DNA of 62,575 bases, counting the filler, from Stramenopiles sp. TOSAG23-3 (lineage: Eukaryota): assembly GCA_900128585.1 (NCBI GenBank). It is 6 parts of 6 records of this genome, joined end to end, with 100 filler letters (N's around TTAATTAATTAA, not from the genome) between each part and the next. Parts side by side here need not be neighbours in the genome. Positions count along the whole stretch, not along the records: positions 1 to 12,079 come from LT642710.1; 5 more parts are not named here. One strand, 5' to 3'. Every line of letters starts with the position of its first letter. The first letter of the stretch is position 1. Below the pieces are notes generated by a model. It ran no database searches. It was not told the DNA's origin and was given only the letters and a program-made list of their open reading frames with translations. The position numbers and the translations under genes are program-made. Shown here in pieces: positions 1 through 9,437 of this stretch.

Positions 1-351
1 AACTTCGCTCGTAGCGGTGGTGGAAAAATGCTCGACGAGCTCGATAGCGCCCCGTTCTACAATCCCGTGGGAGACTGGCGGCAGCCCAGCGTCCTCTGCG
101 CCTGCAGCAAGAGCCTCGACGGTCCAACCCAACTTTGGAACGTGTTTCAGCGCCGCATCCAAAATTTCCAGGCGCAACGAGTCCTCTGCACCCTGAGACT
201 TATTGCCCTCACCGTCCCCACTACCTGCCCCGTTTGATTGCGACGTGGAAAAGGCCCGGACACACTGCTGCTGTTGCTGAACCCCTGAACGAACATGTCG
301 TCCTGCCCATTGAAGCACACGACCACGAGGGGAAAACAATGAAGACAACAT
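1..351 (-). CDS. COQ9: Ubiquinone biosynthesis protein COQ9, N-terminal part (runs off window start)
   Basis: Not in the ORF track; translated by hand from ATG at 351: MLSSLFSPRGRVLQWAGRHVRS...RAFSTSQ (mitochondrial presequence-like), then LRLEILDAALKHVPKLGWTVEALAAGAEDAGLPPVSHGIVERGAIELVEHF, the characteristic COQ9 N-terminal helix-turn-helix segment. Confidence 0.85.
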   Translation of the reverse strand, partial: MLSSLFSPRGRVLQWAGRHVRSGVQQQQQCVRAFSTSQSNGAGSGDGEGNKSQGAEDSLRLEILDAALKHVPKLGWTVEALAAGAEDAGLPPVSHGIVERGAIELVEHFSTTATSEV

Positions 352-1323
352 TTACCTAGGGGAAAAAATAATAAAGGACGATAATACGTTCCCATCTAAT
401 ACACATACACACACGCAAAAAAACGAAATTGAACCAATTGTTTTTCTCATAGTCTACTTAAAAAGATACAGACAGTATTTTGATTCTCTCTCTATTGAAC
501 CAAATAGAAGAAGAAAGAAGAAAAAGAAGAAAATCAAATTCTCTCTTCTCTTTTTTTTTTTTTTTTTCTTTTTCTTTTTTCAATATAGTAGTGTTAGTAA
601 TAAGGCAAATCACAAATCACAAATTTAAAAAAAAACGTCGTTAATTTTTTCAGCAATTTTCAGGATTAAGGAAATATATAGATATATACTGTGTATATGT
701 AAATAGAGGTATATTTTTATTACTTTTTATTCTATTTAGTTATAATTCATATGAAGAAATGATTTCATTTAAATCCTTATATCTACAATGGATTTATTAT
801 TCCAAAGTGTTTTATTCCATTATCTTTTATACAAAATTCCTTAATTATAGATGACTTATCTTGTCTCTCCAGCCCTAATAAAGTATTTATTTTGACACTT
901 CGTACTTTCCTTTGCTGTGTACCTGTATAAAATACAATATAAAAAATAAAATAAATTATTGAGATTTGATTTGGCTGTTATTTACCTGTTAAAATAATAA
1001 AAGATGAGATTTTTTTTTCTAAAATTAATATAATAATTTTGCAAAAAATAACACGGTGTTATTCCTATGTACATATGCTAAAAAAAAGAAGAAAGAAGTA
1101 AAAATAATTTTTAAAAAATGTTGTGTCCCTAACACCTCAGACCCCTTTCTGTTATTTGATCAAGAAACAACTAAAAGTTTGGTAAAGAAAGAGAAGAAAG
1201 GAATAAGTTTAATTCGTGTATACTTTGCTTGTTTTTATGTTTTTATGTTTTTATGAATTGAGATTGATTTATTCTATCTATTGGTAATTGTGAGATTTGT
1301 TATTCATCTGAGAAGACAAGGCA

Positions 1324-4300
1324 ATGGAACCAGTTGTAGGGCACGAAGGAACGAGCCCAATGGACATAAGCCAAGACGTGGCGGAAGACGTGGCGGAAGA
1401 TGTGGCGGAAGACGTGGCGGAAGACGTGGCGGTCTCGGAGGCTAGCGCCATTGATTCGGTCGTAGATACTGGTGCGGTGGCGGAGCCGTGTGTTGCAACA
1501 GACGATGTTTTGCAGGAAAGTGGCACAGAAAAGTTAGCCCCGAAAGAACAAGATGAGGAAGAAGACGAAGAAGAAATGGCCGACCCAACTCTGATTATTA
1601 TTGGAACGTCGGTGAACGTTGAGTCGCACGCTCGAGTCGTTCACGCGCTTGAAAAGTACGCCGAGAACAAAAAGATTGAGGAGGAGAAGAAAGTCAACGA
1701 TGCGGTGCCTGTTGCCCCCAGCGTGGCCGCTAACAGCATGCCCCCGCTTCCACCCACCGCCGTGGAAGAGTGCGAGGCCGGGGAACACGCCGTGGAAGAA
1801 GCGGCGGCAGTTGTCGTGGAGCCTCCCACCGTAGTCCCTGCATTGGTTGCTTCCGCAGAGCCCGACCTGGCCAACGTCACGGAGAGACAGGTCCCTGAGG
1901 CTGCGAAGGCTTCCGTGACCAAGCTTCGGGGTCCACCCAAACGGGTAAAAGGCGTCTCTCCGCTGAAGAAAAAGCAGAGGACTCGCCACTCCATCGCAAG
2001 CATGCAGCCCAGCCGAAGGTCCAGCACGCTCTTCAAACCGACGGCCTCCTCGATGGCGCAACAAAAGCAGAAGAAGAAGTCCGCTGCGCCCAGAACGCGT
2101 TCAATGAGAGCCAGCACGGGGAAATTCCAGCGCATGGCCTCGTCCAAGTCGACGAGCGGTCGTGGGAGCACCAATGACACCCCTAGCTACATGAAAGGGA
2201 CGTCGTCCACCCGAAGAAGGCGCAGCGTCTCCGTGCCAAACCGCTCGCGGGGGGCGGCCGCCGCCGCCGCCGCCGCGAAAGTGGAAAAACCAAAGTACAC
2301 GTGGGCGTTTGGGAAAAAGATCAGGATCAACTCGCCCACGAACAAAGCAAAGCGGCATTCAATCTCGTCCGGCGCCAGGAAAACGTTGACCGTGCCAACG
2401 ACGCCCAGCTTCATCGGCCGCTCGGCAAAGCAGCCGAAGAAGAAGGTTCTTAGCACGGAGGAACTCGCACTGGAAGAGGGCAGAAAGTCTCGTGAAGAGC
2501 TTGCTCGACGCCGAAAGAAGAACGAGAAGATGTGGTCGATGGCGTCCGTTAGCGACGGGACGCTGGGCGTGCCTGCAGGAACCTTGGGGATGGTTTTAAA
2601 GTCAAAGGGCTTGACCGAGGCAGTTTCCCCGAACTTTCAACCTCGCCCTTCAAAGCGCCATAGCGCCCCGACGACGGAGGAAATGGAGCTGATGGAGATT
2701 GAAAAGAAGAAGAAGGCCATGGTGGAAACGAAGGCAAAGCGAGAGCGGCGCAGGTCCATCGCGCAGCAGGGCACCGTAGCCCCGGCCCCGGAACCGAAGC
2801 CTTTGACGGTGGCAAAAACGCCAAACCTCCACACGAAAGCGAAGAAGGGCGAAAAGCATCGCATGAGCATGGGCGGAAGCATCACGACGGTCGGGAGCCT
2901 GCGCCTGCGCTCCTACGACCGCTCCAAGCCAGTGAAGGCGACGTTTAAGCTGACCGAGCCATCGTCGCCAGCGTTTGCGTCCAGCTCGCGGCTTCGCAGC
3001 AGCCATTTGAAAATAGAAACCACAGAGGAGTACGAATCTGTTGCGGAAAAGGCAAACAAGGTCTGGAATGGCCGCAATTCTAGGTTCGTCCAAGCCCCGA
3101 AAGGGAGCAAGCCCATCCTTTCTTACGACGGCCCGAAACCGATCACGGAGCCCAAAACCCCAGAGTTTGCAACCTCGTCCCGAGTGCGCCAGAGCGAGGT
3201 CGAGAGCTTCGAGCAGAGGGAAGCACGGGAAATGGCGGAAATGAAACCGTTCAGAGCCCATGGGTTTAACCCAAAGGTCAAGAACAGCAGCGGCGAAATC
3301 GGCATTCAGAAAGTAGCCCGGAAGCCACCAACGATGCCTTTCTCGCCAAAGTTTCAGACCGATAGTCGAGCCCGTCGTCAGAGTATTGCACCCGCGCTTG
3401 AACAAGGCAAACAAAAGCCCTTCAAGGCTTTGAAAGTAGGAGAAGGAGTTCCCCAGTACCACTCCGCCCATGTTGAAGCGAAACGCCTGACGGAAGTTCA
3501 ACCCTTTAGTTTCGCGACAGAGAAGCGCGCCGCCGCTCACAAATCGCCCGAGAAAAAATCCCCAGTCAAGGCGAAATCTTTCAAAGCGCGGCCGATCCCA
3601 TCCTCGACCGATCAACCCACGGCCATGCCAAGGACCAAGAAGCGCACGCTGACCGTTCCGCATTCGCCAACGCTCCAGAGCCTGCGGCGTCACAAAGAAG
3701 CGAAACAGGCCCTGGAGGAAAAAATTCAGAAGGAACAGAAGGAAGAGCAGGATAAGATGAACTCGTTCAAGGCAAGAAAGGTCATGGAGGGGGTCGCAAA
3801 CCACATCAACCGTCAGCCGATCTACAATCCCCAGTACGAAGTGAAGCCGTTCAAATTGAGCAATGATCCCACTGGTGCACGAGCGCGGCTGCAGCGCCAA
3901 ATCGAAAAGGCGAAAGAGGAAGAGAGAGAAAACCGCGAGTTCCGGGCGCGATCTGTCCCGAGCACACACCTGAAACCGTTTCAAGTGGCGCACGAAGAGA
4001 ACAAAAAGCCTTTGACGGAAGTCAAACCGTTTCGTCTGCTGTCGAACAAGCGTGGGGAGGAGCACAACAAGTTCGACACAGAGGCCAAGAAGCGCAGGGC
4101 GGCCGCACTCGAACAGAAGCGCCTCGACAAAGAGCAGGAAGAGGAAGCTGCCGACGATGCCTACCGTTCAAAAATGGAGGCCAAAATGTTCCGAGCCAAG
4201 AAATCCAAAGAAGATGTACAAAAATTTATGAAAGCCGTCCCGAAGAGGATACAACATTCGGGCAAAAGGTTGGTCGACCCGCGATCGCCCAAATTGGGAG

Positions 4301-4341
4301 CTGCTCGAAGAGTTTTGGTGAAAGGAAAGCGCCGGCGATGA
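1324..4341 (+). CDS. TPX2-like microtubule-associated spindle assembly protein, 1005 aa
   Basis: Basic, disordered protein with many TPX2-type repeats: LTVPTTPSF, LTEAVSPNF, LTVAKTPNL, LTEPSSPAF, ITEPKTPEFATSSR, LTEVQPFSFATEKRA, LTVPHSPTL, LTEVKPFRL, plus FKARPIP, FKARKV and FRARSVP motifs. Confidence 0.75.
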   Translation: MEPVVGHEGTSPMDISQDVAEDVAEDVAEDVAEDVAVSEASAIDSVVDTGAVAEPCVATDDVLQESGTEKLAPKEQDEEEDEEEMADPTLIIIGTSVNVESHARVVHALEKYAENKKIEEEKKVNDAVPVAPSVAANSMPPLPPTAVEECEAGEHAVEEAAAVVVEPPTVVPALVASAEPDLANVTERQVPEAAKASVTKLRGPPKRVKGVSPLKKKQRTRHSIASMQPSRRSSTLFKPTASSMAQQKQKKKSAAPRTRSMRASTGKFQRMASSKSTSGRGSTNDTPSYMKGTSSTRRRRSVSVPNRSRGAAAAAAAAKVEKPKYTWAFGKKIRINSPTNKAKRHSISSGARKTLTVPTTPSFIGRSAKQPKKKVLSTEELALEEGRKSREELARRRKKNEKMWSMASVSDGTLGVPAGTLGMVLKSKGLTEAVSPNFQPRPSKRHSAPTTEEMELMEIEKKKKAMVETKAKRERRRSIAQQGTVAPAPEPKPLTVAKTPNLHTKAKKGEKHRMSMGGSITTVGSLRLRSYDRSKPVKATFKLTEPSSPAFASSSRLRSSHLKIETTEEYESVAEKANKVWNGRNSRFVQAPKGSKPILSYDGPKPITEPKTPEFATSSRVRQSEVESFEQREAREMAEMKPFRAHGFNPKVKNSSGEIGIQKVARKPPTMPFSPKFQTDSRARRQSIAPALEQGKQKPFKALKVGEGVPQYHSAHVEAKRLTEVQPFSFATEKRAAAHKSPEKKSPVKAKSFKARPIPSSTDQPTAMPRTKKRTLTVPHSPTLQSLRRHKEAKQALEEKIQKEQKEEQDKMNSFKARKVMEGVANHINRQPIYNPQYEVKPFKLSNDPTGARARLQRQIEKAKEEERENREFRARSVPSTHLKPFQVAHEENKKPLTEVKPFRLLSNKRGEEHNKFDTEAKKRRAAALEQKRLDKEQEEEAADDAYRSKMEAKMFRAKKSKEDVQKFMKAVPKRIQHSGKRLVDPRSPKLGAARRVLVKGKRRR
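1375..1431 (+). repeat. Coding tandem repeat, 12-nt unit GACGTGGCGGAA (DVAE), about 4.75 copies
   Basis: Directly visible in the sequence. Confidence 0.9.
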
Positions 4342-4634
4342 TTTTATAAAGTTGAGTGTGCCCGGGGTCCTGTTTTAACGCGCGCGGATAAGAATTCTAA
4401 CGAAAAATTTCGAGAGGAGAGAGTGCAACACTAATAAGCTAATGAGAGAATTACACACGAAACGTAATGTACCGCTTTATATACGTACCCCTTCAAAGAC
4501 TATATTTATTTAATTTACTCTTTACTCTCTTACATTTTTAAGAGAGAAGACCTCAACATATAAAGCACATTTTTTCTTATACACAGAACCCTGCGACACG
4601 AACGCGTTTCGAGCAGAACATTACTCCACCTTGC

Positions 4635-5498
4635 TTACAAAGAACTTCGGAGGCTTTTGAACCGATCGTCCGTCAGCCAAGGCTTTGGTTTTCCCCGGCA
4701 CACTAGCAAGCCCCTTCCTACCTGCGGGCGAGCGCACAGCATGTCTGCCCACCGATTTGCATGCTTGTATTGGGCTATGTTTAAAAACTCGGACGTTTTT
4801 ACACCGCTTTCGTGGACGTACCCTTTGGTCCGAATGATGTGGAACCATGGCAAAATAATCATGTCCGCGATCGTGTACTCATCTCCGCAAATGAATGTCC
4901 TGTCCGCGAGGTGGTTGTTCAGAACAGAACACAAGCGCTGCACTTCCATCCCATAGCGTGCAACCCCGTAATCCCGGTTCAGATCTTTCGGAGCGTAGAC
5001 CATGAAGTGACCGTAGCACGCACCGGTCATCGGGCCCTGGCCCGCCATTTGCCACATTACCCAAGAAATACATTCGGCTCGGCGGCGTGGGCTTGATGGG
5101 ATGAAACGTTTGTATTTGTCGGCCAGGTATATCATTATCGACCCAGACTCAAACAGGTTGAGGTCCCCGTCGTTGTCGGCCGGACTTCGGTCCACGAGGC
5201 ATGGGATCTTTGAGTTCGGGTTAACGTCCACAAAGCCTGAGTCGAACTGGGCTCCCCCCAAGCGAACGACGTGAGCGTCGTACTCAACCCCTAGCTCCTC
5301 GAGCAAAACCCCGACCTTTTGTCCGTTTGGAGTTGCCAACGAGTACAATTGCAAATCTGCGTTTCCTACTGGGAGGCTCTTTGACTGCCGAGCCCCTGCC
5401 GTGGGTCGGTTGATCGTTGCAAAAAGGTTTCCAGAAAGTACCTTTTTGTAAAGGTCTTCGACCCGCGCAGGCGGCTTCCAACTTTCAGGTGACGACAT
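4635..5498 (-). CDS. Glutathione S-transferase, Nu class / YghU-like GSH-dependent disulfide oxidoreductase
   Basis: FATINRPTAGAR..LPVG..LQLYSLATPNGQKV..LEEL, QFDSGFVDVNPNSKIP, FESGSIMIYLA and GDEYTIADM follow the YghU pattern. Start placed at the first ATG (MSSPESWKPP). Confidence 0.9.
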   Translation of the reverse strand: MSSPESWKPPARVEDLYKKVLSGNLFATINRPTAGARQSKSLPVGNADLQLYSLATPNGQKVGVLLEELGVEYDAHVVRLGGAQFDSGFVDVNPNSKIPCLVDRSPADNDGDLNLFESGSIMIYLADKYKRFIPSSPRRRAECISWVMWQMAGQGPMTGACYGHFMVYAPKDLNRDYGVARYGMEVQRLCSVLNNHLADRTFICGDEYTIADMIILPWFHIIRTKGYVHESGVKTSEFLNIAQYKHANRWADMLCARPQVGRGLLVCRGKPKPWLTDDRFKSLRSSL

Positions 5499-5761
5499 TG
5501 CTCGTACAGAAATGAAAAGAGCCCACGAACTAAAGATCTCCTCCAAGTCGGTAATGAATAAACAAAATGGTTTGTTCGTACCAAATCACTCTATCCTTTT
5601 TTCCTTGTGCATTCATGAAAACGTATCGAATAAGCTTTAAATATTTTTCTACATAACTATCAGCGATCACTTTTCTTTTACGTTTTCAATGTGGCTCTAA
5701 CTTCAAAGTTTGAAGTATATATATATTATTAACTGAAAGATATTATTATTGCGCGTTGGAC

Positions 5762-5910
5762 AGAAGAAGAAGAAGAAGAAAAAGAAGAAAGAAGAAAGAA
5801 GAAAGAAGAAAGAAAGAAGAAGAAGAAGAAGAAGAAGAAGAAGAAGAAGAAGAAGAAGAAGAAGAAGAAGAAGAAAGAAGAAGAAGAAAAGAAGAAGAAA
5901 GAAGAAGAAG
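5762..5910 (+). repeat. (GAA)n microsatellite / polypurine tract in a divergent intergenic region
   Basis: Directly visible. Confidence 0.95.
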
Positions 5911-6193
5911 ATGAATCATCGATCATCTCCTCAGATTATTATCTAAAATTTTATTTTATTATTAGGGCTGGAAGAGAAGAGAAAAGACGACAATTTACGT
6001 TCTTCTACAGGCGTCCAAGAAAACAATAGAATATATATAGTCGTTCTAATATATAAATTGGATTCAATGAAATGCAAATAAGAACATAGAGAAATGTATT
6101 TTTGTATTTACTTCCATTCATTGTTTTCTCTTTGCTACGAGAGAGAGATAGAGATAGAGAGAGGGTGTGAGAAAAAAAATTGTTTTGTTGGAA

Positions 6194-7246
6194 ATGTCTG
6201 CGTTTGCAACTTCTGCCTCGGATGAGGAAACGACGGCGGGGGCAGACTCTGGTATCCAGGACTCTGAGGAAGCCAGGGCAAGACGGGCGTTGATGATGGC
6301 GGAAGGCATTCCCGAATCTGTTGACCGGAACGAAGACGGTGAAATAAAGGGTATAGTTGGTGGTGGTGACGGCGTAGAGAGTGGTGGTACAGACAGTGAG
6401 GGGGAGGATTCGGAGGACGGGGGTGGTGACCCTGGAAAGAAGGGCACGCCGAGCTCTTACTTGCGGTTTGAAACCAAAGGCGAAGAATTAGAATGGATAG
6501 AAAATAACGACTTTATACGATTGCTTTCGCCTTGGCTGTACTTTATGGCGTCCACTCTGGCGTTTATTTGGGCCCAAAGCTTCTATTGGTGGAAGAAATT
6601 GCCGGACGACGAGCAGATATGCGTGCGAGATACTGTTGGGGACTGGTTTTGTGAGCGCGGGGAAGTTGTACAGATGACACTGCGGAACCACCCTCTGAAG
6701 GGAAAGTTGGGGAATAAGAGCACGCTGGTTTCGTGGATGATCGCTTTTCATACCGCCCTCAGCGTTATTCTGGCCTACTTTAGTACCCTTTTGCCGCGGT
6801 GTTTCCGCCGTAGCCCCCACGCAGGCCCTGCTCCAAGCGAGGAACGCATTCAACTGTTGTACATCGTGTCCAGGCTTTTGATCTCGGTTGGTTTGCTGTG
6901 CCAGTGGTGTCACATGTGGCTCATGGATACCAAGTACAAGGGAATTACGAACGCGAACTGGTCGTTAGATTTTAGGTCCAGTTTGCCGTTTCTTGGCACC
7001 TTGATCGTCGGCATCGTTCTTATATTCTACCTCAGCAGTCGTTCGCTGAACGATCTGTCTGCAGGCGACCAGGCCACGGTAGACCGCAGTGGCGACGATG
7101 ACGGAGCTGCCGTCGGGGCCGGCTCCCTAGTCGCACCAGCACATGTGCGAGGGGGGAGCGAGGCCGGCGAAAAGCAGGACGGGCCGAGTACGGGCACGCT
7201 TCGACAGAGGAGGGGACGTCCTGGACCGGATAGAGTCCCAAGGTGA
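6194..7246 (+). CDS. Uncharacterised membrane protein, about 4 TM helices, acidic N-terminus
   Basis: 350-aa ORF with coding-like GC between AT-rich flanks; four hydrophobic segments (LLSPWLYFMASTLAFIWA, LVSWMIAFHTALSVILAYF, LLYIVSRLLISVGLLC, LPFLGTLIVGIVLIFYL). No family recognised. Confidence 0.7.
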   Translation: MSAFATSASDEETTAGADSGIQDSEEARARRALMMAEGIPESVDRNEDGEIKGIVGGGDGVESGGTDSEGEDSEDGGGDPGKKGTPSSYLRFETKGEELEWIENNDFIRLLSPWLYFMASTLAFIWAQSFYWWKKLPDDEQICVRDTVGDWFCERGEVVQMTLRNHPLKGKLGNKSTLVSWMIAFHTALSVILAYFSTLLPRCFRRSPHAGPAPSEERIQLLYIVSRLLISVGLLCQWCHMWLMDTKYKGITNANWSLDFRSSLPFLGTLIVGIVLIFYLSSRSLNDLSAGDQATVDRSGDDDGAAVGAGSLVAPAHVRGGSEAGEKQDGPSTGTLRQRRGRPGPDRVPR

Positions 7247-7514
7247 TGGACGCGAAGGAGGGGGGGGGTGGGCCGTAAGAATGTTGGGGAATTACGTTTT
7301 GAAAGTTTTAACGCCACCCTTTTATTTTTTAAAAGTAAAACTTAAATTATAACCCTTGTACATTTCAGTTCTTATATGTTACGAAGTAAAGAATTCTTAA
7401 AAGAATAACTTAAAAATTACAAAGTATGATCGTAAATAACAGCCAATTTTTTGTTCTTAAAGTTACGATTGTTCGCCCCCGGTCTTTGACACACTTCTCC
7501 GTCGAGAGCAAGCT

Positions 7515-9437
7515 TTACTTCGATGTAAATCGGCCAATTATCATCTGGTTCTTCGGGGAGCAGGTCCTCGGGTACATATCGTAATGGAACGTGGCGTACG
7601 ATCCGTCCCCTTTGGCGTATTCCCTTGCAAGGCAGTTTCTATCCTCGTTCACCAGTCTCATGGCATACTGACCCTGATCACCCACGGCCCCCTGCAGGCT
7701 GGTGTGGTCTGCCCTCTGGGACAGTCGTATGAATTCCTCCCGCGTGACGCCACACGTGCACCTGAACATTTCGCTGCTCGGGAGCACGCGCTCCTCTGCC
7801 CTCTCGTTCTGAATAAACCCCACGCAGCACGGACACATGACGTACGAAGCGCGCGCGGCGAGGCATTTATCGAGAACAAAGTCTGTCGCGGGCCCACAGC
7901 CGTGCAGGGCGAAGCCGACGTGGAAGGGCAGGTCGTCCACTGGGTACTCCCTGATGTCCATTTTCAAAAATTTCACGTTGCTTATCTGAAGCTGTGCTGC
8001 ACGGTTCTTCGCATGGGCCAATGCCACGGCATTGCAGTCCAAGAAGTACACGTCAATGTCCGGGCGCATTGCTGCCAGCACCAGCCCAACATGCCCGGAG
8101 CCGCAGCAAAAGTCCACAGCCACCACCCTTCCAGTCGACGCGTGGGAGGGCAGGAGAGTGCTTATTTGTGCGATCATGTTTCCAATCTGCTGCCTCTTCT
8201 TCTCCCGCTTCCCGACCGTTTTCAACTTTCCTGTCTCGTAGTGTTCCGGGTTGAGGCGCGAAGGCAGCGTGCCCCACGGCACGGCGGCCGTCCCCTCTTC
8301 CCCGTCGGTCTTCCCCCGGTCGTCGACGTTCTCGTGCTTTACCGTTGCACCGCTTTCCTTGAGCTTTCCAACGACTTTGACGATTGGGTCCACATCCGTT
8401 CGGCCACCATCCTTCTTCTTCTTCTTTCCAGCGCCGGCGGGACGGCTCTGTATCCCGACAAACTTTCCCGTGGCCTCCACCTGACGCCGAAACTCCGCCT
8501 TGACCTCGGCACTCTCCAGCCAAGACGACGTTACGGCCGCGTCGAGCGGATTGGCACCACCGTGGCAGCAGCGGAACGCGCCGGGCCGGACCCCGCCGGA
8601 ACTCTTCGCTATCTTCTCGAACGCAAGGTTCTCCGTGAGCACCAGCTGAATGCGCCGCCACCACTCCAGCACCCGCGGTACTTCTGCAACAAGCCGCGCA
8701 CGAAGGCTAGGATTCTCTGGGCGCGCCGCTGCAATTATGACGTAACTAAAGTAGCAGAAAGTCAGCACATCGGCCTGACAAAACCCGGTCCGAACCTTCC
8801 CGTTCGCATTTACGGACCGCGACGCGATGTACTCGCGCTGGCGCAGCGCTTCGTGAAGCTCGTACACCGTCGGAGGTATCGGCATACTGTCGCACGTGTA
8901 CACGTTTCTCTGCACATTCCCTTCCGCCAGAAGAATTTCCTTCAGCAGGGAGCTTTCCATGTGTTCGCAAAAAAGCCGCCCCCTGCGCTTCCCGTAGAAG
9001 GAAGTATGGTCGCAGGCCCAGGCAAGGGAGGTCAGGGTAGTGCTGGTCACAAGCTCGTGGTCCGTGCACTCCTTGCTGCCCACGCACGGCGCCCAGTAGA
9101 CCTTTGGGGCAACTCTGTTGTCCTTCGCGGACGTTTTAACCCTCCACGTGACCTTGTCGTCCCGCTTCAGCACCGACCGGCGCTTTGCCAGGTGGTACGC
9201 CGCAAAGAACGCAAAAGAACTCAACGATGACAAGTCTATCTCCAAAACTATGTGAAACGGCACATCAATCCTGCTTCGTTGTGGAATAACATGGTTTGAA
9301 CTCCCAGACTTTTTCTTCTCTGACCTCTTCAACCTTTTCTTCGGTTGAGACTCCCCCGCCCCACCACCCTTCGAGGCCCGGCCCGCCTGCGCTTCAGGAC
9401 CACCGTCCACCAAACCATTAGTAGCAATCTCACTCAT
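7515..9437 (-). CDS. GSTCD-like protein with C-terminal class I SAM-dependent methyltransferase domain
   Basis: W..LP..LNP..G.L...REKKRQQIGN, VAVDFCCGSGHVGLVLA, ALHGCGPATDFVLDKC, YVMCPCCVG, MRLVNEDR and MYPRTCSPKNQMIIG are typical of the GSTCD methyltransferase region. Confidence 0.8.
   Translation of the reverse strand: MSEIATNGLVDGGPEAQAGRASKGGGAGESQPKKRLKRSEKKKSGSSNHVIPQRSRIDVPFHIVLEIDLSSLSSFAFFAAYHLAKRRSVLKRDDKVTWRVKTSAKDNRVAPKVYWAPCVGSKECTDHELVTSTTLTSLAWACDHTSFYGKRRGRLFCEHMESSLLKEILLAEGNVQRNVYTCDSMPIPPTVYELHEALRQREYIASRSVNANGKVRTGFCQADVLTFCYFSYVIIAAARPENPSLRARLVAEVPRVLEWWRRIQLVLTENLAFEKIAKSSGGVRPGAFRCCHGGANPLDAAVTSSWLESAEVKAEFRRQVEATGKFVGIQSRPAGAGKKKKKDGGRTDVDPIVKVVGKLKESGATVKHENVDDRGKTDGEEGTAAVPWGTLPSRLNPEHYETGKLKTVGKREKKRQQIGNMIAQISTLLPSHASTGRVVAVDFCCGSGHVGLVLAAMRPDIDVYFLDCNAVALAHAKNRAAQLQISNVKFLKMDIREYPVDDLPFHVGFALHGCGPATDFVLDKCLAARASYVMCPCCVGFIQNERAEERVLPSSEMFRCTCGVTREEFIRLSQRADHTSLQGAVGDQGQYAMRLVNEDRNCLAREYAKGDGSYATFHYDMYPRTCSPKNQMIIGRFTSK

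Noticed and set aside
28-359. Short plus-strand ORFs at the window start
   Set aside because: Explained as antisense to the COQ9 reading frame.
7584-9230. 548-aa ORF antisense to the GSTCD-like gene (similar ones at 2650-4065 and 24301-25647)
   Set aside because: Shadow ORFs expected from GC-rich codon usage; no recognisable motifs, and the opposite strand has clear family signatures.
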